DNA from: an uncultured Bacilli bacterium
GTDB taxonomy: Bacteria > Bacillota_I > Bacilli_A > RF39 > UBA660
Assembly: GCA_958413985.1 (NCBI GenBank)
Contig: CATYVZ010000004.1
Coordinates: 9,784-73,783, forward strand
Direction of reading: 5' to 3'
DNA length: 64,000 bases
In this document: piece after piece, positions 39,828-48,952 of the stretch
Numbering within the stretch: position 1 is the first letter of the stretch
How the letters are laid out: every line of letters begins with the position of its first letter
Notes under the pieces: generated by a model
The model's database searches: none
What the model saw: the letters and a program-made list of their open reading frames with translations, nothing else
What the model was told of the DNA's origin: nothing
Program-made: the position numbers and the translations under genes

Positions 39828-40613
39828 ATGGGTAAAATTATTGCTTTGGTTAACCAAAAAGGTGGTGTCGGTAAGACAACTACTAGTATTAATTTGTCAG
39901 CTTCTTTGGGCGTATTAGGAAAAAAAGTCCTTTTGGTCGATTTGGATAGCCAAGGAAACAGTACTACTGGTGTTGGCATCAGCAAAAGTTCCCATGAAAA
40001 AACAATATATGATCTGATTGTCGATCGTGCTACCTTAGAAGAAGTAATTGTTAAAACTCATTTTAAAAATTTATATATAATACCAGCTTCGATCAATTTG
40101 GCAGGAGCTGATATCGAATTGATGGAAAGAAGTAGAACTGATCATAGTTTTAATAAGTCTAGTCAATTAAAAAAATACTTAGATATAGCTAAGGATAATT
40201 TCGATTTTATTATTATCGACTGTCCACCATCTTTAGGCATTTTGACAACAAATGCTTTAGCTGCTGCTAATTCAGTTATCATTCCTGTTCAATGTGAATT
40301 CTTTGCATTAGAAGGAATAACGCAACTACTACATTCGATTTTATTGATTCAAAAGGATTTGAATCCTACTTTAGATATTGAAGGCGTACTTTTAACCATG
40401 TTAGATAGCCGTACGATTTTAGGTTTGGAAGTAGTTGAAGAAATAAAAGCTTATTTTAAAGAAAAAGTATATGATACCATCATCCCAAGATTAATTAAAA
40501 TATCAGAAGCTCCTAGTCATGGTAAACCGATTTTAGCTTATGATCCTAAAAATAGAGGGACGATGGCATATCTTAATTTAGCTAAAGAGGTGATAGATCA
40601 CAATGGAAACTAA
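39828..40613 (+). CDS. soj: Chromosome partitioning ATPase ParA/Soj
   Basis: Deviant Walker A NQKGGVGKTT. Confidence 0.95.
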   Translation: MGKIIALVNQKGGVGKTTTSINLSASLGVLGKKVLLVDLDSQGNSTTGVGISKSSHEKTIYDLIVDRATLEEVIVKTHFKNLYIIPASINLAGADIELMERSRTDHSFNKSSQLKKYLDIAKDNFDFIIIDCPPSLGILTTNALAAANSVIIPVQCEFFALEGITQLLHSILLIQKDLNPTLDIEGVLLTMLDSRTILGLEVVEEIKAYFKEKVYDTIIPRLIKISEAPSHGKPILAYDPKNRGTMAYLNLAKEVIDHNGN

Positions 40614-41472
40614 AAAAAGAGCTTTAGGTAGAGGATTAGAACAATTATTTAACAGTGAAAATTTAGATTTTAATAGTTTTGAAAAGCAAATTTATGAGAC
40701 GACTAATTCTGATGAAATAATCGAATTAAATTTAGATGAGATAAGACCAAACCCTTATCAACCAAGAAAAACTTTCAACGAAGATTCTTTAAAAGAACTT
40801 GCAGAATCTATTAAAATAAATGGTGTATTTCAACCTATTATCGTAAAAAAAGGAATTAAGGGTTATGACCTTGTAGCTGGCGAAAGAAGACTTCGTGCTT
40901 CTAAAATTGCTGGCAAAATAACTATCCCCGCTATTATAAGAGACTTTTCTGATCAACAAATGATGGAAATTGCCCTTCTTGAAAACTTACAACGTGAAAA
41001 TTTAAATGTAATCGAAGAAGCTCGTGCTTATGCTGCAATGATTGAAAAGTTGAATTTGACTCAAGATGAATTAAGTAATAAAGTTAGTAAAAGTAGAAGT
41101 CATATTACTAACATTCTTGGCCTTTTAAGATTGCCTAAGGAAATTCAGACAATGCTTGTTGAAAACAAATTAACGATGGGTCATGCTCGTGTTTTAAGTA
41201 AACTTGAAAACGAAGAAAAAATGTTAGAATATGCTCAAATGATTATCGACAATAAAATACCAGTAAGAGAAATTGAAGAAATTACAATTAAAGATGAACG
41301 GAAAAATAAAATTAAAAAGCCAACAGAAGATAAGGGTTATAAATATGTCGAGGAATTATTAAGAGAAAAATTAGATACGAAAGTAAAAATAAAAGAAAAA
41401 AAGATCGAAATATCTTTTGTCAATGTAGCTGATTTAAATCGCATTTTAGAAATTTTAAATGTTAAAGAATAG
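40603..41472 (+). CDS. spo0J: Chromosome partitioning protein ParB/Spo0J
   Basis: PNPYQPRK, LVAGERRLRA, LLENLQRENL, HTH. Confidence 0.95.
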   Translation: METKKRALGRGLEQLFNSENLDFNSFEKQIYETTNSDEIIELNLDEIRPNPYQPRKTFNEDSLKELAESIKINGVFQPIIVKKGIKGYDLVAGERRLRASKIAGKITIPAIIRDFSDQQMMEIALLENLQRENLNVIEEARAYAAMIEKLNLTQDELSNKVSKSRSHITNILGLLRLPKEIQTMLVENKLTMGHARVLSKLENEEKMLEYAQMIIDNKIPVREIEEITIKDERKNKIKKPTEDKGYKYVEELLREKLDTKVKIKEKKIEISFVNVADLNRILEILNVKE

Positions 41473-41482
41473 GTGATTAAAA

Positions 41483-42256
41483 ATGGACGAAATTTTAAAA
41501 GTAGTTTTGTCAAAAAAAGTTTTGGGTCCAATTATAACTATTATTGTTATGTTTGTTATCTACAAAATATTAAAAAGAGTAATCAAAAGAATTTTTAATA
41601 TTAAGACAAATAAAATTAAACATAAAAAACAAAAAACGCTTATGAATTTTTTTCTTAATGTCGCAATGTTTGTTTGTTTTGTAATTGGGATCGTTATAAT
41701 TTTAGGTATATATGGCGTTGAAACAAATGCGATTGTAACATCTTTAGGAGCAGTTACAGTTGTCGTTGGTTTGGCTTTTCAAAATATTTTAAAAGATTTT
41801 ATCGCCGGAATTTCTTTTATATTTGAAGATAGTTATAATGTTGGTGATTGGGTTACTATCAATAATTTTAAAGGTGAGGTTATCAACGTTGGATTAAGAA
41901 CGACAAGAATTAGAGCTTATAGTGGTGAAGAATTCATTATCAATAATGGTTCAATTAGTAGCGTTATTAACTACACGATTGATCGTGCGATGGCTATCGT
42001 TGATTTTAATATTGCGTATGATTCTGATATCGATCTAGTTGAGAATGTTTTAGATAATTTGTGTAAAAAATTAAAAAAAGAAATTAAATCTTTAAAAGGT
42101 GATATTACCTCATTAGGTGTTGAAAAGTTAAATGATAGTTCTTTAACTTTTAGATTAGTAGCTGAAGTTGAGGCTGGAACGCAGTATGAAGTACAACGAC
42201 AAATGCGCAAAGCTATTAAAATCGAATTAGATAAAAATAATATCAAAAGACCTTAA
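41483..42256 (+). CDS. Small-conductance mechanosensitive channel (MscS family)
   Basis: Three N-terminal TM helices followed by an MscS beta-domain pattern. Confidence 0.8.
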   Translation: MDEILKVVLSKKVLGPIITIIVMFVIYKILKRVIKRIFNIKTNKIKHKKQKTLMNFFLNVAMFVCFVIGIVIILGIYGVETNAIVTSLGAVTVVVGLAFQNILKDFIAGISFIFEDSYNVGDWVTINNFKGEVINVGLRTTRIRAYSGEEFIINNGSISSVINYTIDRAMAIVDFNIAYDSDIDLVENVLDNLCKKLKKEIKSLKGDITSLGVEKLNDSSLTFRLVAEVEAGTQYEVQRQMRKAIKIELDKNNIKRP

Positions 42257-42275
42257 AGGTAGATGGAGATTTACA

Positions 42276-42458
42276 ATGAAAGAATATAAATTAGGCAGTA
42301 TTGTAATGATGAAAAAACAACATCCTTGTGGTAGCAATCAATTCGAAATAACTCGAGTTGGTATAGATATAAAAATAAAATGTTGTCAGTGCAATAGAAG
42401 TATTATGTTGCCACGAGTTGAATTTAATAAGAAATTAAAAAAAGTTATTAGTATATAG
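42276..42458 (+). CDS. DUF951 family protein (YyzM-like)
   Basis: KKQHPCGSNQFEI ... IKCCQCNRSIMLPR pattern. Conserved neighbourhood of spo0J/ychF. Confidence 0.8.
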   Translation: MKEYKLGSIVMMKKQHPCGSNQFEITRVGIDIKIKCCQCNRSIMLPRVEFNKKLKKVISI

Positions 42459-42468
42459 GGAGGCTTTT

Positions 42469-43971
42469 ATGAATAAGGAAAAGAAAAAACAAAGACTACT
42501 GTCGCCTGTTTTAACAATGATTATTCTAATTGCTATTGCGATACTTGGTAGTAGTTGGCTGTCGTTACTTAATGTCGAAGGTACACAAACAACGATTGAA
42601 AATGGAATGTTGGAAACTTCAATAGTTGTAGTTCGCAATATTTTTTCAAAGGAAGGATTTACTTATTTTTTTAGTAATATCATTACCAATTTTACTTTGT
42701 TACAACCAATAGCGTTGATTTTGTTATCTTTAATGGCAGTTGGTGTTGCTAAAAGTAGTGGTCTTTTAAAACATATATTTTCGCCTTTTAGAAAACTGCG
42801 ATCTAATGTTTTAACCTTTATTGTGATATTTATAGGTATTATCTCTACGATGATTGGCGATTATAGTTATATTATCTTAATTCCATTGGTAGCAGTTTTA
42901 TATCAATATGCTAACCGCAGTCCAGTTTTAGGTGTCATAACGTTATTTTTAGGAATAACTTTAGGATATGGAACCGGTCTTATTTATAACTATAATGATT
43001 ATGCATTAGGTATGTTAACAGAAGCAGCTGCTATTATTGATGTTGATTCTTCATATAAATTTAATTTAACTTCAAATTTATATATCATGATTGCAAGTAC
43101 TATCATTTTAAGTGTTTTATTGACAGTATTAGTAGAAAGGTATCTAACTAAAAAGATTACGAATACTGGAAAATATGAAGATGAATTAACAACTTCACGC
43201 AAAGCTTTAACTTTTGGTTTGTTTGGCTTTATCGTTTGTTTGATAGGAGTTATCTTATTAATTGTTCCCGGTGGACTGTTATTAGATTCAACGCAAAATG
43301 TATATATAGCAAAAATGTTTAGTCCATCAGCTCCTTTTAATTTGTCATTTATGTTTTTGTTTTTGTTAGTTACAACCATAGCTAGTTTAATCTATGGCGT
43401 AATCAGCAAGAATTTTAAAAATAATCATGACTTTGGCTTTAGTTTTACTAAAGAATTCAATAATATTGGTTATTTGTTTGTCTTAATGTTTTTATCGTCA
43501 ATCTTAATAGGTATAATCGATTGGACCAATTTAGGTGTAGTCGTAGCTAACAAATTGACTTATCTAATTAGTTTGTTTGATTTTACAGGTATATTATTAA
43601 TTATTGTATCCTTTATTTTCATCGTTTTAATGAGTGTTTTGATACCGGGAAGTATCGAAAAATGGGTCTTAATATCACCTGTTTTAGTGCCATTATTTAT
43701 GCGTGGAAATCTAACACCTGATTTTGCGCAATTTGTATTTAAGGCTGCTGATAGTGTTGGTAAAATAATAACGCCATTATTTATTTTCTTTATCATTATG
43801 GTCGGTTTCATTCAGAAATACAACACTAATGAAAATAAAGTAACGCTATTTAATACTTTAAAATTAATTTTGCCAATTATTATTATAACGATTATTTTTT
43901 GGTTATTATTATTGATCGTTTGGTATATTGCTGGTTTGCCTTTAGGAATCGGCACGTTGGCAACGATGTAA
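42469..43971 (+). CDS. AbgT/MtrF family transporter
   Basis: 500-aa polytopic membrane protein with AbgT-like topology and N-terminus. Confidence 0.72.
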   Translation: MNKEKKKQRLLSPVLTMIILIAIAILGSSWLSLLNVEGTQTTIENGMLETSIVVVRNIFSKEGFTYFFSNIITNFTLLQPIALILLSLMAVGVAKSSGLLKHIFSPFRKLRSNVLTFIVIFIGIISTMIGDYSYIILIPLVAVLYQYANRSPVLGVITLFLGITLGYGTGLIYNYNDYALGMLTEAAAIIDVDSSYKFNLTSNLYIMIASTIILSVLLTVLVERYLTKKITNTGKYEDELTTSRKALTFGLFGFIVCLIGVILLIVPGGLLLDSTQNVYIAKMFSPSAPFNLSFMFLFLLVTTIASLIYGVISKNFKNNHDFGFSFTKEFNNIGYLFVLMFLSSILIGIIDWTNLGVVVANKLTYLISLFDFTGILLIIVSFIFIVLMSVLIPGSIEKWVLISPVLVPLFMRGNLTPDFAQFVFKAADSVGKIITPLFIFFIIMVGFIQKYNTNENKVTLFNTLKLILPIIIITIIFWLLLLIVWYIAGLPLGIGTLATM

Positions 43972-43999
43972 ATTCAAGTTTAAAATACTTGAATTTTTA
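43972..43999 (+). terminator. Rho-independent terminator after the transporter gene
   Basis: ATTCAAGT-ttaaaat-ACTTGAAT followed by a T run. Confidence 0.7.
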
Positions 44000-44088
44000 T
44001 TAATAATTAAGTGTCTAATATTAGAAAAATATTAATATTTTAAAATTTTGATAATTGCTTATATATGTCAAGAAATACTATGTTTGAA

Positions 44089-44117
44089 TTGACAAATATC
44101 TGTTCGTATGGTATATT
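44089..44117 (+). promoter_or_regulatory. Strong sigma-A promoter of the toxin-antitoxin module
   Basis: TTGACA, 17 nt spacer, TATATT, with an extended -10 TG (TGGTATATT). Confidence 0.6.
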
Positions 44118-44137
44118 GAAATTAGGAGGCAAGTAAT

Positions 44138-44596
44138 ATGGAAAAAATTGATAATATTGCGAAATGGTTTATAAATGAAATTTCTCCAGATCCATTAAAA
44201 TTGCAAAAATTATTATATTTAGCTCAAGGTGTTTCGTTTTGTTTTAATGATGAACAATTATTTGACGATGAATTAGAAGCTTGGGTTCATGGACCTGTTA
44301 ATAGTAATATTTATTTTAAATATCGTGAATATAGTTATAATCCAATAGATTTAAAATATCAAATTCCCAATTTTTCTCAAAAAACACTTCAAGTGTTAGA
44401 GTATGTACGAGATAATTATGGCAAGTATGACGCAAAATATTTGGAAGAAATAACTCATAATCAATTTCCATGGCAATTTGCAAGAGAAGGATTAGATCCA
44501 GATGAACGAGATAATAAAATAATTCCTAAAGAGATTATTGCTGAATACTTTGTTAGTCTTATGTTACAACCAAATAGTGAGGAATGGAATAAATGA
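44138..44596 (+). CDS. Panacea (DUF4065, SocA-like) domain antitoxin
   Basis: LKLQKLLYLAQG and WVHGPV motifs. SD AGGAGG. ATGA overlap with the downstream ORF. Confidence 0.8.
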   Translation: MEKIDNIAKWFINEISPDPLKLQKLLYLAQGVSFCFNDEQLFDDELEAWVHGPVNSNIYFKYREYSYNPIDLKYQIPNFSQKTLQVLEYVRDNYGKYDAKYLEEITHNQFPWQFAREGLDPDERDNKIIPKEIIAEYFVSLMLQPNSEEWNK

Positions 44597-44967
44597 TTGG
44601 AGAAGTTTGGTATTATAAAGCTAAATTACCTAATAGTGATGAATATAAATCACGACCAGTATTAGTAATTGGAACGGATGCTAATAATAACTTATTATAT
44701 ACTGATATTCACTATGTTATTATTTCTTCATCTGCTTCAATGGGAATTTATGATGTTATTATTGATGAAGAAACTGCTAAGGAAATTAATTTATTTCGTA
44801 AATCTATTATTAAAACAACCAAGATATATACTGGACCTAAATCTTTGTTTGAAAGAAAACTTGGAACATTACCAGATAAGTTAAAGCAAGAATTTGTAAA
44901 GAAGTATCAAGAATATCAAAATCAATTAATTAACGACTTTATTACTAATGAGTTCGTAAATAATTGA
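44593..44967 (+). CDS. MazF/PemK-fold toxin-like protein
   Basis: GEVWYYKAKLPNSDEYKSRPVLVIG aligns with [26 protein letters not shown] of B. subtilis EndoA. SIIKTTKIYTGPKSLFERKLGTLPDKL aligns with SVILLEQIRTIDKQRLTDKIGHLDDEM. SD GTGAGGAA. Confidence 0.7.
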   Translation: MIGEVWYYKAKLPNSDEYKSRPVLVIGTDANNNLLYTDIHYVIISSSASMGIYDVIIDEETAKEINLFRKSIIKTTKIYTGPKSLFERKLGTLPDKLKQEFVKKYQEYQNQLINDFITNEFVNN

Positions 44968-45031
44968 TTTTTCTATTGTTAAATAATTAATAAAATGATA
45001 TACTATATTAGTATTTTAAAGAGGTGATTTT

Positions 45032-46132
45032 ATGGCATTAACAGCTGGTATTGTAGGGTTACCTAACGTAGGTAAGAGTACTTTATTTAATGCAATAACT
45101 AAAAAAAATATTTTAGCTGCTAATTATCCATTTGCGACAATCGAACCAAATGTTGGCGTGGTTATTGTACCAGATAAAAGACTAGATTTTTTAAATGAAT
45201 TATATCAACCAAAAAGTTTAGTACCGACCACATTTGAATTTACTGATATTGCAGGACTTGTCAGTGGCGCATCTCACGGAGAAGGATTAGGTAACAAATT
45301 TTTGTCTCATATAAGAGAAGTTGACGCCATTGTCGAAGTAGTAAGATGTTTTGAAGATAAAAATATCATTCATGTCGAAGATGTTGTCGATCCTATTAGA
45401 GATATTGAAATAATTAATGTCGAACTTATTTTGGCAGATTTAGAGGTAGTAGATAATAGGTTAAATAGAATCGGTAAGAAAGCAGTTATGTCAAAAGATA
45501 AAGACAGTTTAAAAGAATTTGAAGTTTTAAACAAAATAAAAGAAAGCTTACTTAAAAACTTTCCAATTAGAAGAATGGAACTGGATGAAGATGAAATTAA
45601 AATAATTAAACCATTTAACTTTCTCACACTAAAACCGATCATTTATATGGCTAATGTTAGTGAGACTGATCTATTAGATAAAAATAATCCCCATGTTACT
45701 AAAGTCGAAGGATATGCCGAAGCTGAAAATGCTAAAGTGATTAGAGTCTGTGCGAAAATTGAAGCTGAATTAAGCGATCTAGAAGATGAAGAAAAAACAT
45801 TATTTTTAAAAGATTTGGGAATTGAAGAAAGTGGATTGGACAAATTGATCAAAGCCACATATTCCTTATTAGGATTAGAGACCTTCTTTACAGCGGGATC
45901 TGATGAAGTAAGAGCGTGGACATTTAAAAAAGGTATGAAAGCTCCAGAATGTGCTGGTATAATTCATACTGACTTTGAAAAAGGCTTTATTCGAGCTGAA
46001 GTATTTAGTTACTATGCTTTAGAAAGATATGGTAGCGAAAAAGAGGTCAAAGAAGCTGGTAAAGTAAGATTAGAAGGCAAAGATTATTTGATGCAAGATG
46101 GCGATATTTGTTATTTTAGATTTAATGTTTAA
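45032..46132 (+). CDS. ychF: Ribosome-binding ATPase YchF
   Basis: GIVGLPNVGKSTLFNA and a TGS-like C-terminus. Confidence 0.97.
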   Translation: MALTAGIVGLPNVGKSTLFNAITKKNILAANYPFATIEPNVGVVIVPDKRLDFLNELYQPKSLVPTTFEFTDIAGLVSGASHGEGLGNKFLSHIREVDAIVEVVRCFEDKNIIHVEDVVDPIRDIEIINVELILADLEVVDNRLNRIGKKAVMSKDKDSLKEFEVLNKIKESLLKNFPIRRMELDEDEIKIIKPFNFLTLKPIIYMANVSETDLLDKNNPHVTKVEGYAEAENAKVIRVCAKIEAELSDLEDEEKTLFLKDLGIEESGLDKLIKATYSLLGLETFFTAGSDEVRAWTFKKGMKAPECAGIIHTDFEKGFIRAEVFSYYALERYGSEKEVKEAGKVRLEGKDYLMQDGDICYFRFNV

Positions 46133-46607
46133 CTATAAATGTAAAAAACAGATCTAAAATCAATAAAATAGTTAGAATATAAGTAAAATATTTTGGTATT
46201 TTACTTATTATTTTGTCTAAAAAAGGCTTGATACCATATATAAAGATAATACTACTAACTCCCCAAATTAAACCCATTTCGCCGGCTGTATATTTGCCAA
46301 TATTAAACTTTAAATTAGAATAATCCCAAAATGTCACATCAAATATTAGCTCGATTAGATATCCACTGATAAATTCTAAAAACATCAAAACAAAACAACT
46401 AGTAAAAAATAGGATAATTGCCTTATTAATTTCTTTAATGGTTAGATTTTTAATATATTTATAAAGAAGTAATATTATTATAATGCCAAAGCCATAAATT
46501 GGAGTCCACCAACCTAATAAGATTCCACTTTGACCGTCTGGGTAAATAAAGCTTTCTACAATATGGCCTAAAAAAGAAAAAATAAAAAAATAGTTTAAAT
46601 AATACAT
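46122..46607 (-). CDS. Small polytopic membrane protein (putative ABC-transporter type IV / CmpB-like family, tentative)
   Basis: MYYLNYFFIFSFLGHIVE N-terminus typical of that family; four or five TM helices. Confidence 0.55.
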   Translation of the reverse strand: MYYLNYFFIFSFLGHIVESFIYPDGQSGILLGWWTPIYGFGIIIILLLYKYIKNLTIKEINKAIILFFTSCFVLMFLEFISGYLIELIFDVTFWDYSNLKFNIGKYTAGEMGLIWGVSSIIFIYGIKPFLDKIISKIPKYFTYILTILLILDLFFTFIVKH

Positions 46608-46745
46608 TATATCACCTATTATATTTTGCCTAATAATTGAAATAAATATTTATATTTGCATATAATTTTAATTAGCTTAGAATAATGAAAGCATTATAAC
46701 AATTATAAATTCTACTAATTTTATAAAATTCTATAAACAAACCTA

Positions 46746-46774
46746 TTTACAAAATTAATTTAGTTTGTTATAAT
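46746..46774 (+). promoter_or_regulatory. Sigma-A promoter of the rpsF-ssb-rpsR operon
   Basis: TTTACA, 17 nt spacer, TATAAT, with an extended -10 TG. Followed by a 68-nt leader with two small hairpins (GAGTAA-ttat-TTACTC and GCTTTTA-taa-TAAAAGC). Confidence 0.55.
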
Positions 46775-46842
46775 CTATAACGAGTAATTATTTACTCCTT
46801 GCTTTTATAATAAAAGCCAATAGTCCATAAGGAGGTGTGAAA

Positions 46843-47133
46843 ATGCGTAAATATGAAATTATGTTTATAGCTAGACCAACTTTATCTGAAGAAGAAAAGA
46901 AAAATGTGATTGCTAAATTTTTGAAAATCTTAACAGATAACAAAGCTACTATAACTAATGAAAAAGATATGGGACAAAGAGAATTAGCTTATGAAATCAA
47001 AGATTTTAAATCTGGTTTTTACTATGTTGTTACCATCGATGCTACTGATGATGCTGCTATTAATGAATTTGATAGACAAGCAAGAAATACACAAGATATC
47101 ATTCGTCATTTGATTACTAAAATCGAAGACTAA
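46843..47133 (+). CDS. rpsF: 30S ribosomal protein S6
   Basis: MRKYEIMFI N-terminus at an ATG 7 nt after AAGGAGG. Confidence 0.95.
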   Translation: MRKYEIMFIARPTLSEEEKKNVIAKFLKILTDNKATITNEKDMGQRELAYEIKDFKSGFYYVVTIDATDDAAINEFDRQARNTQDIIRHLITKIED

Positions 47134-47142
47134 GGAGGGTTT

Positions 47143-47583
47143 ATGAATAAGGTTTTATTGGTAGGTAGATTAACTGCTAAACCAGAATTAAAATATACCA
47201 ATTCAAATATACCATATACTCGTTTTTCTGTGGCAGTAGATGGTATTCCGGGAGCTAATGGAGAAAGAAGAACAGATTTTATCAATACAGTTGCTTGGAG
47301 AAAACAAGCAGAGAATATTTGTCAATATTTAAATAAAGGTAGTTTGGTATCTGTCGAAGGAAGAATCCAAACTGGCAGTTATACAGATAAAGATGGTAAT
47401 AAAAGATATACGACAGATGTGGCAGCTGACAATGTTAGATTTCTTGAATCTAAAGCACAATCTGAAAATAGAGCTAATAACTCTTATGATTATCAACCAC
47501 CATCTAACGATATTAATATTGATAATGATCCTTTTGCCGATTTTGGCGATAGTGTATCGATTGATGATAATTTTTTAGATTAA
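47143..47583 (+). CDS. ssb: Single-stranded DNA-binding protein
   Basis: MNKVLLVGRLTAKPELKYT OB fold and an acidic C-terminal tip. Confidence 0.95.
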   Translation: MNKVLLVGRLTAKPELKYTNSNIPYTRFSVAVDGIPGANGERRTDFINTVAWRKQAENICQYLNKGSLVSVEGRIQTGSYTDKDGNKRYTTDVAADNVRFLESKAQSENRANNSYDYQPPSNDINIDNDPFADFGDSVSIDDNFLD

Positions 47584-47592
47584 GGAGGAAAC

Positions 47593-47811
47593 ATGGCCGA
47601 GTTTTATCATAAAAAGAAAAAGATTTGTCAGATGTGTGCCGGCAATGATGTAAATTATAAAAACGTTGAAGTTATTAAAAGATATATCAGTAATGAAAAA
47701 GGTAAGATTTTACCTAGAAGAATTACTGGAGCATGCGCTAAACATCAACGTCATATTGCTAATGAAGTTAAAAAAGCACGTTTCATGGCTTTAATTCCAT
47801 TTACTAAATAG
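47593..47811 (+). CDS. rpsR: 30S ribosomal protein S18
   Basis: S18 signature region LPRRITGACAKHQRHIANEVKKARFMALIP. Confidence 0.95.
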   Translation: MAEFYHKKKKICQMCAGNDVNYKNVEVIKRYISNEKGKILPRRITGACAKHQRHIANEVKKARFMALIPFTK

Positions 47812-47826
47812 TAAATGGTTTTTTTT
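47797..47826 (+). terminator. Rho-independent terminator of the rpsF operon
   Basis: Perfect 9-bp stem CCATTTACT-aaat-AGTAAATGG followed by eight T; it includes the rpsR stop codon. Confidence 0.85.
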
Positions 47827-48075
47827 GTAATTAATATTTTAATTATTTGAGGTTGTATCTAAAAATATTTTGATTTTTTTAATAAAATAATATATTATTT
47901 TATATGAGGGAAAGCGATAAAGTGAATCCATAGTTTTCAAGTTATTTATTGAGTTAGTAATGAAGTTAATATTTCATTTTTGTACAAAGGGACTTTTAAA
48001 AGAAAGTATCAATATACACAAAAAACTGTGGAAATCATATTCATTAGAATATGATTCGATATGTAAGGAGGAAAT

Positions 48076-48426
48076 ATGATGGATATAAAAGAATTTTATG
48101 GAATTGGCATTGTGGATGTTTTTTGGAGATACGATGAATTAAACGAAACATGGAAAAAGGCTTTTATAGAAATTTACATACCAAATAAAGAAGGACTTAA
48201 TTATGGAAATCAATATTGTATTAAGTATTCTTTTTTAGATAATAACAACATCATAAATGAAGAAATATTTGAATCTTTAAAATTAGATTTTTCATATCAT
48301 AAAATTGATAATGATTTGTATGAGGTAACCATTTTATCAGAAAGACATAAATTAAATGAAACTCAATTATTGCATTTAATAGATAGTATAAACAAAAAGA
48401 ACAATGTCATAATAAGGGAAATATAA
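48076..48426 (+). CDS. Hypothetical cytoplasmic protein (orphan)
   Basis: Good SD AAGGAGG; no recognisable family. Confidence 0.5.
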   Translation: MMDIKEFYGIGIVDVFWRYDELNETWKKAFIEIYIPNKEGLNYGNQYCIKYSFLDNNNIINEEIFESLKLDFSYHKIDNDLYEVTILSERHKLNETQLLHLIDSINKKNNVIIREI

Positions 48427-48531
48427 AATTAAGTATGAGAGTGGCTGTTGGGAACTCGCTTTTAGGAGAACTGTTAGGTAACTTGTGAAGCAGAAAAGAT
48501 CTATCTATGATGATAGAATGCCCCAATTTAT

Positions 48532-48807
48532 TTATATATTTTTGTTAATTATTTCCACAGCTTTTTTAATAGCATCGTTATTGTTGACAATGTGTTGATT
48601 ATTACTGTTGCTAGTATTATTATAATTATTGATTACTTGTTGCTGACTTGCACTAGTTGCTAAAACTTGCCCGATTAGCATAAACCAGTTGCCAACAGAA
48701 TTTTGTTCAGCTGGCGTCAAATTATCAATTAATAATAATCCAATGACAAAGGCACTGGTGGTATAACTATAAGCATCAACTTTAGGTAAAAAATTCATAA
48801 CTATCAC
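48532..48807 (-). CDS. Hypothetical small protein with a Q/N-rich C-terminal half
   Basis: An ORF only. Weak SD. Hydrophobic N-terminal half. Confidence 0.35.
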   Translation of the reverse strand: MIVMNFLPKVDAYSYTTSAFVIGLLLIDNLTPAEQNSVGNWFMLIGQVLATSASQQQVINNYNNTSNSNNQHIVNNNDAIKKAVEIINKNI

Positions 48808-48952
48808 TAATAAAATATATGCCTAAATTATAAATATTAGTTTTTTATGAAATAGAAATATTAATCTGTGAGAAGAGGTAATGAAAATTATTTTTCAACT
48901 TTATTCCAAAAATGTGATAGAATAATATCGATATTTTTAAAGCGGTGATTTT

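Noticed and set aside
39776-39985. 69-aa minus-strand ORF across the soj start
   Set aside because: It is antisense to the ParA Walker A region and the soj promoter, with no SD. It is spurious.
40986-41001. parS-like sequence CTTACAACGTGAAAAT inside spo0J
   Set aside because: Only the right half resembles the consensus TGTTNCACGTGAAACA. It simply encodes the conserved LENLQRENL box. By eye I found no convincing full parS palindrome in the window, and a computational scan is needed.
44669-44884. 71-aa alternative-frame ORF inside the MazF-like toxin gene
   Set aside because: It is out of frame within a better-supported CDS, hydrophobic and low-complexity, with no SD.
46122-46132. 11-bp convergent overlap of the ychF and membrane protein gene ends
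   Set aside because: This is a real coordinate overlap but is common in compact AT-rich genomes. It gives no evidence of a regulatory role.
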